A stretch of 64,000 nucleotides of DNA, taken from sequence record OZ035789.1; one strand, written 5' to 3'. Under the pieces are notes generated by a model that made no database searches, was not told where the DNA came from, and saw nothing but the letters and a program-made list of their open reading frames with translations. Made by a program: the position numbers and the translations under genes. Source of the stretch: Tequatrovirus BCH953P4. The number at the start of each line of letters is the position of its first letter. Position 1 is the first letter of the stretch. Below are positions 9,850 to 19,009 of this stretch, piece after piece.

Positions 9850-10065
9850 TCAAGAATTCATCAGCTTAGCCGCTCCAAGAGCTGCATCTAGTGAATCAAA
9901 TTGGTCAACATATTCAATCAATTCGCCGTAATTAGCATATAACCACCATTGGCTAAATTCATACTCAAGGATGAATCCATTTCCTTCAATTTGAGTTAAA
10001 CCATTGCCATTTGTATTTACTTCATATCCGGCAAGACGCAAATCGTTAATAAGAGCTTCGTTCAT
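9850..10065 (-). CDS. Hypothetical protein, 71 aa
   Basis: ORF track. Confidence 0.45.
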   Translation of the reverse strand: MNEALINDLRLAGYEVNTNGNGLTQIEGNGFILEYEFSQWWLYANYGELIEYVDQFDSLDAALGAAKLMNS

Positions 10066-10067
10066 AA

Positions 10068-10394
10068 TTATACCTTAGTAATTTTCAGGTCTGCAAATTT
10101 TTTCTTGCGTTGATTTTTCATGCGACGAATAGTTTTATCGGAAATTTCATGCTTTTGATAAGCTTTAGATTCTACACCAAAAGCTTTAACATCAAATTCT
10201 GACAAGATATATTGAACCAACAATTCACGGACAGTATTGCGTCCAATCTTCTGATCATTCTGTTTCATCGTCTGATGAAGCTCTTTTTCCCATTTATCCA
10301 AAATTTGAGGAGTTACAATATCGCCTTTTTCTAGCAAAGAAACTACTTTATCATATGCGTAAGAATTAATGACGTTTTTAATTTGAATAGTCAT
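10068..10394 (-). CDS. Hypothetical protein, 108 aa
   Basis: ORF track; ATG start. Confidence 0.5.
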   Translation of the reverse strand: MTIQIKNVINSYAYDKVVSLLEKGDIVTPQILDKWEKELHQTMKQNDQKIGRNTVRELLVQYILSEFDVKAFGVESKAYQKHEISDKTIRRMKNQRKKKFADLKITKV

Positions 10395-10432
10395 ACATTA
10401 TCCTCAATTACGTTAAAATTTTATTATCCAAA

Positions 10433-10448
10433 AAGGGCCGAAGCCCTT
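10433..10448 (-). other. RNA hairpin with UUCG tetraloop (AAGGGC-UUCG-GCCCUU)
   Basis: 6-bp inverted repeat overlapping the stop codon of ORF 10447-10647. Confidence 0.5.
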
Positions 10449-10647
10449 AGCTAAACTTTTTGGCACCCTTCCAGCCTTCATACATCATTGCGGCTGATAT
10501 TAATATTGCTCCTGAGCAACTCGAATATTTGTGATTCCAAAACCAGTTTAGAAAAACTTCATCATCAATACCTTGGGCTATCATATTTTCAAAGAACTGA
10601 CGACGAGATTCGGCAATTCGTTGTGATAATTTAGATTCAGGATTCAT
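10447..10647 (-). CDS. Hypothetical protein, 66 aa
   Basis: ORF track. Confidence 0.45.
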   Translation of the reverse strand: MNPESKLSQRIAESRRQFFENMIAQGIDDEVFLNWFWNHKYSSCSGAILISAAMMYEGWKGAKKFS

Positions 10648-10779
10648 TTAAATTTTCCAGTTACCGTTTTCATCAATAAATTTAATCCAGTCATTTACTG
10701 ACCACTTAGTTGTATCGCCTTTTGGAGTAGCATTTAAAGTATATAGCCCTTGCTTAAAAAGCATTCGTTTGATATTCAT
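10648..10779 (-). CDS. Hypothetical small protein; start uncertain (internal ATG with GAGGAAAA Shine-Dalgarno chosen)
   Basis: ORF track 10648-10863 starts at TTG and overlaps the upstream ORF. Confidence 0.3.
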   Translation of the reverse strand: MNIKRMLFKQGLYTLNATPKGDTTKWSVNDWIKFIDENGNWKI

Positions 10780-10786
10780 ATTTTCC

Positions 10787-11080
10787 TCAGCTGTAACGAT
10801 AACACTCGTTTGATTTACGTTTAGCAACTCGTTGAGAAGTATTATAATCAAAATCATCGTCAATGTAAACTGATTTTTTCAACTTTCTTACTTCACCGCG
10901 TAATTGGCGATTTAGCTCATCTTTAACTTCTGAATCAATACCTTTCATTCTACGCCATTTATCTGAGCGAAAAATGTTTTCAACCATATCTTTATGACTT
11001 ACACCGTCTGGAGCTTTACGCTTTCCGAAATAGTCATAATCACGCACTTTTAAGTCTTTACGACGATACGTTTTACCCAT
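10787..11080 (-). CDS. Hypothetical basic protein, 97 aa, start refined to MGKTY
   Basis: ORF track 10787-11119 starts at GTG; internal ATG preceded by AAGGAAA. Confidence 0.45.
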   Translation of the reverse strand: MGKTYRRKDLKVRDYDYFGKRKAPDGVSHKDMVENIFRSDKWRRMKGIDSEVKDELNRQLRGEVRKLKKSVYIDDDFDYNTSQRVAKRKSNECYRYS

Positions 11081-11249
11081 GGAGTTTAATTTCCTTAGCA
11101 ACTGAACTAAATACAGCACGATCGCAAATCATCTGTTTATTCCATTTAAGTACAGTATAATGAACATCTAGATCATCTACTGCTGTAACAATAACAATAT
11201 GTCCGTTAACACGATAATACTGATCTCTTTTAATCTCTTTATCAACCAT
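11073..11249 (-). CDS. Small protein, 58 aa, not in ORF track
   Basis: Hand translation MVDKEIKRDQYYRVNGHIVIVTAVDDLDVHYTVLKWNKQMICDRAVFSSVAKEIKLHG downstream of an early promoter; GAGGA Shine-Dalgarno. Confidence 0.35.
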   Translation of the reverse strand: MVDKEIKRDQYYRVNGHIVIVTAVDDLDVHYTVLKWNKQMICDRAVFSSVAKEIKLHG

Positions 11250-11279
11250 ATCAAATCCTCAAAGGCAATTCATATGTTA

Positions 11280-11309
11280 ATAATACCACAGTTTGAACTT
11301 GTTGTAAAC
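11280..11309 (-). promoter_or_regulatory. Early (host sigma70-type) promoter: -35 GTTTACA, 17-nt spacer, -10 TATTAT
   Basis: Read on the minus strand; matches the T4 early promoter pattern. Confidence 0.5.
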
Positions 11310-11407
11310 AACTTTGTGAAAAATATTTTAGGGAATGATAAGAAAGGAACGATAGATTAGAATGGTAATATACAGAATGTGAGAAAGAAAGGCCCAGAGG
11401 GCCCGTC

Positions 11408-11716
11408 TTAATCTTCTATGATATCTCTATCATATCCAAGTGAAATGAGAGTTTCTTTGAAGTGTTTAATGTTCTTTTGTCTAGAATCATTAATGAAAAT
11501 GACTGGATAACGAATGTTAAGAGATGTGAATCCAGCGCGTTTAGCAAGAGATACAATCAGTGGACGATCATACTCAATCTTACCATTATTTGTAAGAACT
11601 TTATAGAAAGTAAAAGGAGCATTGAGCTCCTTTAGAAGTTTTGTAACTGATTGACACCCAGGACAACGACCTACTTCATCTGGAATTCCATAGACTTCAA
11701 TCTTGTTTTGTTTCAC
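11408..11716 (-). CDS. nrdH: Glutaredoxin-like protein NrdH, 102 aa, GTG start
   Basis: CPGC redox motif; AAGGAA Shine-Dalgarno before GTG; located beside nrdG/nrdD. Confidence 0.7.
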   Translation of the reverse strand: MKQNKIEVYGIPDEVGRCPGCQSVTKLLKELNAPFTFYKVLTNNGKIEYDRPLIVSLAKRAGFTSLNIRYPVIFINDSRQKNIKHFKETLISLGYDRDIIED

Positions 11717-11718
11717 AA

Positions 11719-11931
11719 CTATTCCTTACTAAGAGCAGCATTCAGCTTATTAGTAATTTTATCCAGACGCTCATTGAACTCACTAGAAGACAGTCCTTTT
11801 TCTGGAGAAATCAAACTAATCACGAAAAATATAGCAATAAAAGGAATAAGGAAAATAGCTCCAACTGCCATAAACAGAAAGAATGTTACAGTTGTAAGAA
11901 AATCAGCTAAACCTTTACGAAATTTATACAT
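11719..11931 (-). CDS. Small membrane protein, 70 aa
   Basis: ORF track; ATG start; one hydrophobic helix. Confidence 0.5.
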   Translation of the reverse strand: MYKFRKGLADFLTTVTFFLFMAVGAIFLIPFIAIFFVISLISPEKGLSSSEFNERLDKITNKLNAALSKE

Positions 11932-12049
11932 TTACCTTTACCTTTAATTGATTAACCAAGCATTGATAAGCACTAAACTATATTGCGAATAAAATTCTGG
12001 ACCAAAATGAAAAATCATATCATTTATAGTGTCCATAATATAATTCAAT

Positions 12050-12520
12050 TTAATCATGTTTCCACACCCCATCGGTATTTGACCAAAGTCGCTGATTATC
12101 TGATCCTCGCCACAGCTTTTTGGTCGGAAGATTTTTCTCATACTTCCCATCAATAATAACATCAACATATTTAAGCATTTCTAGTTGTTTAATATCTTCA
12201 AACTTATATCCTGTCCACAACCAAATGCTTTTATTGGGATAAAGATTTTTAATAGTTTGAACCACAGAGTGAATCACGTCTCTGTTATCAGGATAAAGAG
12301 GGTCACCTCCGGTTATAGTCAATCCTTCTATATAATCATTATTCAAACATTCAATTAATTGTTCTAGTGTTTCACCAGTGAATGGAACACCATTTCTAGC
12401 ATTCCATGTTGATTTATTATAACACCCTTCGCATTTATGCAAACAACCTGTAACGAAAAGAACGACCCTGCATCCAGGGCCATTCACAAAATCACAGGGA
12501 TAAAATCTATCGTAATTCAT
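12050..12520 (-). CDS. nrdG: Anaerobic ribonucleotide reductase activating protein NrdG (radical SAM), 156 aa
   Basis: CxxxCxxC-type cluster (CLHKCEGCYN) and GGDP motif; ATGA overlap with nrdD stop. Confidence 0.9.
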   Translation of the reverse strand: MNYDRFYPCDFVNGPGCRVVLFVTGCLHKCEGCYNKSTWNARNGVPFTGETLEQLIECLNNDYIEGLTITGGDPLYPDNRDVIHSVVQTIKNLYPNKSIWLWTGYKFEDIKQLEMLKYVDVIIDGKYEKNLPTKKLWRGSDNQRLWSNTDGVWKHD

Positions 12521-13796
12521 TGGTGTTTAACCCTATGCATGATTTCTTTGTTTTTACCGAGATTAAATCCGCGTTCGTTCGGGTTTCCAAGATATCCGCA
12601 TGTTCTTCTTATGGTATTCATCTTTTTAGGATCAGTTTCTCCACAAATAGAACAAACAAATCCGTTTTCAGTAGGAGTCATTTCATGGGTACTTCCGCAT
12701 GTAAAACATTTATCTACCGGCATGTTAACACCAAAATAATCTAAATGTTGTGCAGCATAATCCCATACGGCCTCAAGGCCTTTTAAGTTATTTTTCATAT
12801 CAGGAAGTTCAACATAAGAAATGTGACCACCTGTCGCAATGAAATGATATGGCGCTTCACGAGAAATCTTTTCAAACGGAGTAATATTTTCTTCTACTGA
12901 AACATGGAAACTGTTAGTGTACCAGCCTTTATCGGTAACATCTTTTACACTTCCATATTTTTCTGTATCAAGTTTACAGAAGCGATAACAAAGGTTTTCA
13001 GCAGGAGTCGAATATAAACTAAAAGCAAATCCAGTTCTTTCAGTCCACTGTTTAAGATGAGCATTCATCTTAGTTAAAATTTCTTGTCCAATATCACGAC
13101 CGACAAGAATATTCAATTCGTGAATACCAATGTATCCTAGGGACACTGAACTTCTACCGTTTTTAAATAACTCAATTATGTCGTCATCAGGTTTAAGACG
13201 AACCCCGAATGCACCTTCTTGGTAAAGAATAGGAGCAACAGTAGCTTTAACTCCTTTTAAGGAACTAATTCTACACATCAAAGCTTCAAAACATAAATCC
13301 ATTCGTTCATTAAATAGCTCAACAAATTTCTGTTCATTGAACTGTGTTCCAATATAAGAATCTAACGCAATGCGAGGAAGATTCAGTGTTACAACACCAA
13401 GATTATTACGTCCATCAAGAATTTCATTACCAGTTGAATCTTTCCATACGCTCAAGAAACTACGGCAACCCATTGGAGAAACAGGAACAGATGAACCAGT
13501 GATAGCTTTATTGTTTTTAGCTGAAATAATATCAGGATACATCCTTTTGCTTGCACACTCTAGAGCAAGCTGCTTAATATCATAGTTCGGATCGTCTTTA
13601 TAAAGATTAACACCTTCTTCGACGAACATAACAAGCTTAGGAAAAATAGGAGTTATCCCATCACGACCGAGACCTTTAATACGATTTTTCAGAATTGCTT
13701 TCTGAATCATTCGTTCAGTCCAGTCAGTTCCCGTACCAAATGTAATTGTTACAAAAGGTGTTTGTCCGTTAGAGCTGAAAAGTGTATTTACTTCAT
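12517..13796 (-). CDS. nrdD: Anaerobic ribonucleotide reductase NrdD, exon 2
   Basis: Continues the exon 1 frame after the predicted splice (…QAYE|YEVNTLFSS…); C-terminal glycyl-radical and Cys-rich region; spliced product is 605 aa. Confidence 0.85.
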
Positions 13797-13822
13797 CATT
13801 ATATTCAGCATGAGTCGCAAAT

Positions 13823-14593
13823 TCATGCCCGTTTATATGAAACAACAAAATTTGGATAGTCCATAGATATGCAACGTTCTTTTATAGTGCTAGGATGAAA
13901 ATTTAGCGCTTTAGCTGCTTCTATATAAGACGTATACTTAATACCGTCAACAACCACATATTCAGGAACTTTATGAATAGTAGTCTTAATACTCAAAACA
14001 AGAGGATGAGTTTCGACTTCACTTTCAGTGCAATTTAAATATTCCGCTGCTTTTTTAAAACTTCTAAAAGTTTTATTTTTAAGCTTTATCGATACTTGTT
14101 TTTTACTTTTTCGACTATTGATATTATTTTGCACATGTTCCTTAGATCTTCCGTTTTTAGCATAATATTCAGCTACAGAAGATTTTATATTGTTTTTATG
14201 AGATTCGGATAACACTTTACCCTTATGAGCATCTCTTAATTTTTGAATATGTTCTTCAGTATCCGGATGCTTATAAAACTTTTTACCGCCTATGGATTTA
14301 TTTAAACATTTTTTGCTATAAAAATATTTACGTATGACCTCTTCTTCATGTTTTAATGCATCTTTATAACTATCAAATGTTTTTAAAATTATCCATTTAG
14401 TAGGTGTATCAGTTTTTAAGCGTTCATTTATATACTTAGATGACGTTGTGTAAGTTTTCCAGTTTGTGGGCTTGTTTTTAATTGTTCTAAATTTTTTATA
14501 ACCGATATAAATGTCGCCATTAGAAAACTTAACTAAGTATGTAAATGCGTCTTTATCTTTTATTTTAGTACAACGTCTTTTTATCCATTTCAT
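13823..14593 (-). CDS. I-TevII: Intron-encoded GIY-YIG-type homing endonuclease, I-TevII-like, 256 aa
   Basis: ATG start; GDIYIGYKK motif, NUMOD3-like and helix-turn-helix-like C-terminal modules; lies inside the nrdD intron as T4 I-TevII does. Confidence 0.7.
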   Translation of the reverse strand: MKWIKRRCTKIKDKDAFTYLVKFSNGDIYIGYKKFRTIKNKPTNWKTYTTSSKYINERLKTDTPTKWIILKTFDSYKDALKHEEEVIRKYFYSKKCLNKSIGGKKFYKHPDTEEHIQKLRDAHKGKVLSESHKNNIKSSVAEYYAKNGRSKEHVQNNINSRKSKKQVSIKLKNKTFRSFKKAAEYLNCTESEVETHPLVLSIKTTIHKVPEYVVVDGIKYTSYIEAAKALNFHPSTIKERCISMDYPNFVVSYKRA

Positions 14594-14622
14594 TGTTTCA
14601 CCTCGTATTCATAAGATAATCT

Positions 14623-14630
14623 TATTTATA
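14623..14630 (-). promoter_or_regulatory. Late promoter TATAAATA inside the intron, upstream of the endonuclease ORF
   Basis: Exact TATAAATA on the minus strand about 30 nt upstream of the ATG at 14593. Confidence 0.55.
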
Positions 14631-14841
14631 CAAGATGACTGCTGCATGTCGCCATGCAGATTAGACTATATCTTCATCTTTCGATGCCGGCCGTTTCGAA
14701 TAGCATTAGCTTCTATTCTACACCGCTACATTCATCACGGTTAGTCGTTAGGCATTTAGTTCAAAAGAACATTTAGCACGGGATTGTCTACTAGAGAGGT
14801 TCCCCGTTTAGACCGGTTTTACATGAGCCTGAATTAAATTA

Positions 14842-15379
14842 ACTCATACGCCTGAAACGCGTCGTATACATCTTTTTCTGTTTTAGATTGAGCATAATTC
14901 AACGCATCAGCGATTTGCCATTTTTCTGCATCCTCAATATGTTTTGCATAGGTGCGTTTAACATAAGGAGAAAGTACTTTATCTACATTAGCAAAAGTCG
15001 TTCCGCCATATTGGTGAGAAGCAACCTGTGCAGTAATTTGTGCCATAATTGCAGTAGCAACACCGATTGATTTAGGAGTTTCAATCTGTGCATTACCAAG
15101 CTTAAATCCGTTCTCAAGCATTCCTTTTAAATCTACTAAACAGCAATTAGTAAATGGAAGAGCAGGGGAATAATCAATATCGTGGAAATGAATAATTCCG
15201 CTTTCATGCGCTTTCATAATAAAAGACGGGACCATATTTTTGGCAATGTGTTTAGACACAATACCAGCCATAAGGTCCCGTTGAGTTGGAAAAACACGAG
15301 AATCTTTGTTAGCATTCTCGTTTAAAAGGTCTTTATTAGTTTTATGAATCAATCCTTCAATTTCTTTTTCAATTGTCAT
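14842..15379 (-). CDS. nrdD: Anaerobic ribonucleotide reductase NrdD, exon 1
   Basis: N-terminus MTIEKEIEGLIHKTNKDLLNENANKDSRVFPTQRDLMAGIV matches remembered T4 NrdD; ATGA overlap with gene 49 stop. Confidence 0.85.
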
Positions 15380-15849
15380 TTTAAACTCTTTCTAAGCTGC
15401 TTCTTAAATGAAGCTATTAATTGTGTTTTGGTGTCAGATTCATTATATTCAAATCCTCTTTGAAGCATCTCGGCCATCATTTCCTCTTTTCCTAAACGAG
15501 AAAATTCCTTTGATTTATCTCCAACAAAGTTAGGGTGAATATTATTTTGGGTGTAATCGGATTTTAAATAAGTAAGTAAATTTTCTAACCATTCAAGATA
15601 ATCAACACCTTGTCCCTTTAAGCCAGAACGATTAAATTTATGCTTCATTTGACCTTCTGCGGCATTGCAGAGATTACAAAGCAATCCACGTACCTTTCCT
15701 GCTTTTGGTCCATTTAATTCATGGTCATGGTCGAGGTGATTAGCTTGAACATCAGGATTTAGTTCTCGTTGGCAAATTAAGCATTTACCGTTTTGTGCAT
15801 CATAAAATTTCTGTTTTTCTTCTTTATATAATTTGCCAGTCAATAACAT
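15376..15849 (-). CDS. 49: Endonuclease VII gp49 (Holliday junction resolvase), 157 aa
   Basis: Sequence MLLTGKLYKEEKQKFYDAQNGKCLICQRELNPDVQANHLDHDHELNGPKAGK matches remembered T4 endo VII; zinc-binding Cys and HNH-like His. Confidence 0.9.
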   Translation of the reverse strand: MLLTGKLYKEEKQKFYDAQNGKCLICQRELNPDVQANHLDHDHELNGPKAGKVRGLLCNLCNAAEGQMKHKFNRSGLKGQGVDYLEWLENLLTYLKSDYTQNNIHPNFVGDKSKEFSRLGKEEMMAEMLQRGFEYNESDTKTQLIASFKKQLRKSLK

Positions 15850-15890
15850 AATAAACCCTTACCTTAAATAGATAAGGGTATTTATTATTT

Positions 15891-16376
15891 TCAAGTATTG
15901 TAAAACATTTGATGCAATCGCTTATATTGCTGAATCATTCGGTCAGAAAAAGAAATTTGATTTTCAAGCCATTCAATGTATTCTGCGGCAGCTTGCATCA
16001 GGTTACCTTCATAGCCATCGTTATTTTCTTGCGCAGCTAATTTAGCTAATGCGTATGAAATACGTTCACCTTGAAAAGAGGCTTCAGGCTTCTGAACAAC
16101 TTGATTAGTTCGCTCTACAACTTCTTCAATTTCGCCAATTTCGACTGATTCAGTATTCCACAAGCACCAATACGTAATTGGCTTATCGTAGATATTAATA
16201 ATCTTTCCATCAGAAAGTTCAATTTCAATAATTCCAGTATCAGGCTCTATATCATCTTCACATTCTTTTGCAAGTTCACGAACTTTAAAGACAGTACCTG
16301 CACTAAGTTCAGGCCAGTAATTACACAGCCCTGTATCAGCACGATTAATTCTAAACCACTTATCTACTGTAATCAT
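15891..16376 (-). CDS. pin: Pin-like protein (protease inhibitor position), 161 aa, start refined
   Basis: ORF-track start is TTG; internal ATG gives 161 aa, the remembered T4 Pin length; positional match. Confidence 0.55.
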   Translation of the reverse strand: MITVDKWFRINRADTGLCNYWPELSAGTVFKVRELAKECEDDIEPDTGIIEIELSDGKIINIYDKPITYWCLWNTESVEIGEIEEVVERTNQVVQKPEASFQGERISYALAKLAAQENNDGYEGNLMQAAAEYIEWLENQISFSDRMIQQYKRLHQMFYNT

Positions 16377-16499
16377 GTCCCATCTCCATATCAATTAAGT
16401 CATTTATCGTTGGTTCATTATATACTGTTTCTTCATCAGTGTAAACCGGTTCTTCCGGCTCTGGCTCTACAGTTTCCCATCTAGCCGCCCACCAAGGTT

Positions 16500-16820
16500 T
16501 TATAGCGTAATCCATTCTCTTACTGTCTGAGTTACTACACGTTCTCGAAGCTCAACCAGTTCAACGGTAGGAACTGCATAATACCAGTCAGAATGGTAAG
16601 AACCTGAGCGAGATTCATTTACGGAAACATATACGTAGTGTTTTGGGCTAAAGTAAATTACTCGACGATATTGGCATTTGCCTTGTTGAGTCCATTCTTC
16701 GGATTCAATCGGAATAAGATAGTCGGAAAAATCGAAATCATAGTTTTCCGAAAATGCATCATGGTCTTCAATGATTTCGCTCAGAACTGCATCAACATCT
16801 AATTTATTTTCAGTATTCAT
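16500..16820 (-). CDS. Hypothetical acidic protein, 106 aa
   Basis: ORF track. Confidence 0.5.
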   Translation of the reverse strand: MNTENKLDVDAVLSEIIEDHDAFSENYDFDFSDYLIPIESEEWTQQGKCQYRRVIYFSPKHYVYVSVNESRSGSYHSDWYYAVPTVELVELRERVVTQTVREWITL

Positions 16821-16831
16821 TTTTTCACCAA

Positions 16832-17026
16832 TTAATTTCGCAATTTATTAAGTTCTTCATAATCAATCCAGGATTCTAATCCTGATGGCAAATCAGATTC
16901 AATTTCCCAAAGAAGTTCTTCAATTTTATGAAGACGATCTAATTCTTCAGCTGGAATAGTAACCATTGACGGAGTTCTTGATACACTAATATCGTAAATC
17001 ATATTTACCCCAGTTTGACCATGCAA
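16832..17026 (-). CDS. Hypothetical protein, 64 aa
   Basis: ORF track. Confidence 0.45.
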   Translation of the reverse strand: MHGQTGVNMIYDISVSRTPSMVTIPAEELDRLHKIEELLWEIESDLPSGLESWIDYEELNKLRN

Positions 17027-17220
17027 TCACCGTATTTCCACTTAGAAATAGACTTTTCACCATTAGAATAATAAACTTCGAGTTTAGCACGATTATTTTT
17101 AATTTGAATAACCTTGGCTGTCATCAAAGTTCCATACCCATAATAAACTGCAACTTCATCACCTACATATACCGTGCTTCCGCGGTAATCATGAATATAG
17201 TCAGTTCCTTCGAGCATCAT
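17005..17220 (-). CDS. Hypothetical protein, 71 aa
   Basis: ORF track. Confidence 0.45.
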   Translation of the reverse strand: MMLEGTDYIHDYRGSTVYVGDEVAVYYGYGTLMTAKVIQIKNNRAKLEVYYSNGEKSISKWKYGDCMVKLG

Positions 17221-17480
17221 TTAAAGTATTCCCGCAATTGATCAAATCCACCAATATGACTTCCATCAGGAGCAAATACCTGAGGCATTGTCAAGCCGAT
17301 TTGAGTATCACGACCTAGTTTAGTCAGAAGCTCAGCGATTTTCTCATCATCAAAAACACCTTTTTCCGGCATAATGTTGATAAATTCAAACGGCTGTTTC
17401 TTCACGGTCAAAAGACGTTTTGCATTATCGCAATACACACATTTATGAATGTTGCTATCATAACCATATACTTTAAACAT
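17217..17480 (-). CDS. nrdC: Thioredoxin/glutaredoxin NrdC, 87 aa
   Basis: CVYC active-site motif; sequence matches remembered T4 NrdC. Confidence 0.85.
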   Translation of the reverse strand: MFKVYGYDSNIHKCVYCDNAKRLLTVKKQPFEFINIMPEKGVFDDEKIAELLTKLGRDTQIGLTMPQVFAPDGSHIGGFDQLREYFK

Positions 17481-17481
17481 A

Positions 17482-17724
17482 TTATTCCTTAATTCCTAGT
17501 ACTTGTTTAAAAGTCTCGTCGTAATCAAGACTTTGGCCCGTTTGTTCTTTATGTTTGTATATAATATCACTTACTTCTGATAGCATATTTTTATATGAAC
17601 GAGTTAAAGCAGATTTAAGCACGCTGTATCTATCAGGAAATTTACCATGTTCATTATAATAAGCTATTGCTAATTCACGGACTGCTTTTTCAGCAATCTC
17701 CATACATTCTTTACGCTTGGTCAT
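17482..17724 (-). CDS. Hypothetical protein, about 80 aa, start refined to internal ATG
   Basis: ORF track 17482-17883 overlaps the upstream ORF in its N-terminal part. Confidence 0.4.
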   Translation of the reverse strand: MTKRKECMEIAEKAVRELAIAYYNEHGKFPDRYSVLKSALTRSYKNMLSEVSDIIYKHKEQTGQSLDYDETFKQVLGIKE

Positions 17725-18028
17725 TTTCTTCTCTCTCAAATCGATGTTTGCAATGACGGCATTTATAACGAAGATTACTAGTCTGCCAATGGACCAATTG
17801 CACCTGTTCAGTTCCACATTCAGGGCAATTAGGAACGTTTTTAGAAGCGCGTTCGCGGCGTTCAACCATAACCATAATGGCATCCCAAGCAGGAGGTTTA
17901 AAGTCTAAATCATCACAACCATGAATCTTTCCACGCATTTCCAAATCGTCTTCTTCACCGGACATAATAATTTTAATTAAACTGGAATTACTTGAAGCTG
18001 CAATGTCTTCTAATAGACGCTTTTTCAT
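17711..18028 (-). CDS. Zinc-ribbon protein, 105 aa
   Basis: CPECG…CRHCKH four-cysteine ribbon; ATG start. Confidence 0.5.
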   Translation of the reverse strand: MKKRLLEDIAASSNSSLIKIIMSGEEDDLEMRGKIHGCDDLDFKPPAWDAIMVMVERRERASKNVPNCPECGTEQVQLVHWQTSNLRYKCRHCKHRFEREENDQA

Positions 18029-18951
18029 TTCAATACCTCAATAGCATTACGTAAACCATTTGCTTTTGCATTAAGAGCTTTTAACAATTTGGTGTGTTCT
18101 GCAATTTGGGCTTCAACTTCAATCAAACGAGCATTGAGATATTCGCGTTCTTCACTCAGATTATCAACCTTTTCTACTTTAGGTTCTTTTACAACTGGCT
18201 TATACGTATTAGGGTTCTTCAGTTTAATTAGAATGCGTGAACTGTATAACATTGAACCATTATCTTCGGTTTCATCATACATTTCTACTACGTCCATGAT
18301 TTTTAACATCATGCGAAGTTTATAAGACAACGAACGAATAGTTTTGTTGTGCTTATTAATTTCTCTAGCTGTCATGGTGCCGAGATTACGTGAGTAATAA
18401 TAAGGAACCTGGATATTAATTAATACTGATGAACCACCTGGCTTGTGTGTTACTTCATCAGCAATAACCCAGTCCTTAACATGAACTGTATTTGTACGGT
18501 CATCGCCAGCGGTAAACAGTTTGCGAGCATGCTTAAAAAGCATATTCACTTGAGTATTGAATTGACAAGCAAATTTATCAGCAAATTTAGTTTCAGGAAT
18601 GGTAGATAACCAATCAGCCAAATGGGTCTTTTTAACATCGTTAATAATAGTAAATTCAACCAAATCAGTTATAGATGTCGCAGTTTTAATGAAGCTCGGC
18701 TTCATAAAGTTTTTAATGTTATCACGAGCTACAGTAGAAGATAACATACGAGAACGTTTAAACCATTCAAGCAAATTGCCCAATGAATGAGAATAGGCGT
18801 TCTGAGTATCTTTACAGATATGATTTTCCTGGCCAACATATTGAAGGAAATCACGAAGAATATTATTGATTACTGCTCTGTGTCCTATCTGATAATTACG
18901 GTGTTTAGTAATAAGACTATCAAAATAATCAATATAATGTTTACGAGTCAT
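18025..18951 (-). CDS. Hypothetical protein with C-terminal coiled coil, about 308 aa (paralog family member)
   Basis: Start refined to MTRKHY… with GAGGAG Shine-Dalgarno; C-terminal YSS…KPVVKEPKVEK then heptad-rich tail. Confidence 0.55.
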   Translation of the reverse strand: MTRKHYIDYFDSLITKHRNYQIGHRAVINNILRDFLQYVGQENHICKDTQNAYSHSLGNLLEWFKRSRMLSSTVARDNIKNFMKPSFIKTATSITDLVEFTIINDVKKTHLADWLSTIPETKFADKFACQFNTQVNMLFKHARKLFTAGDDRTNTVHVKDWVIADEVTHKPGGSSVLINIQVPYYYSRNLGTMTAREINKHNKTIRSLSYKLRMMLKIMDVVEMYDETEDNGSMLYSSRILIKLKNPNTYKPVVKEPKVEKVDNLSEEREYLNARLIEVEAQIAEHTKLLKALNAKANGLRNAIEVLK

Positions 18952-18979
18952 ATTAATCTCCTCAGTAGAAAGTAAGAAC

Positions 18980-19009
18980 ATTATACCACATCCTTGTGGC
19001 AAAGTAAAC
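18980..19009 (-). promoter_or_regulatory. Early promoter: -35 GTTTACT, 17-nt spacer, extended -10 TGgTATAAT
   Basis: Read on the minus strand upstream of ORF 18025-18951. Confidence 0.55.

Larger units (their letters stand above)
13797..14841 (-). mobile_element. Group I self-splicing intron in nrdD (about 1045 nt) carrying a homing endonuclease ORF
   Basis: In-frame stop right after the exon 1 coding end; candidate 5' splice site after U (…UAUGAGU), intron ends in G (…AAUAUAAUG); boundaries inferred, not folded. Confidence 0.75.

Noticed and set aside
12437-12744. Plus-strand ORFs 12437-12739 and 12520-12744
   Set aside because: Antisense inside nrdG/nrdD coding sequence.
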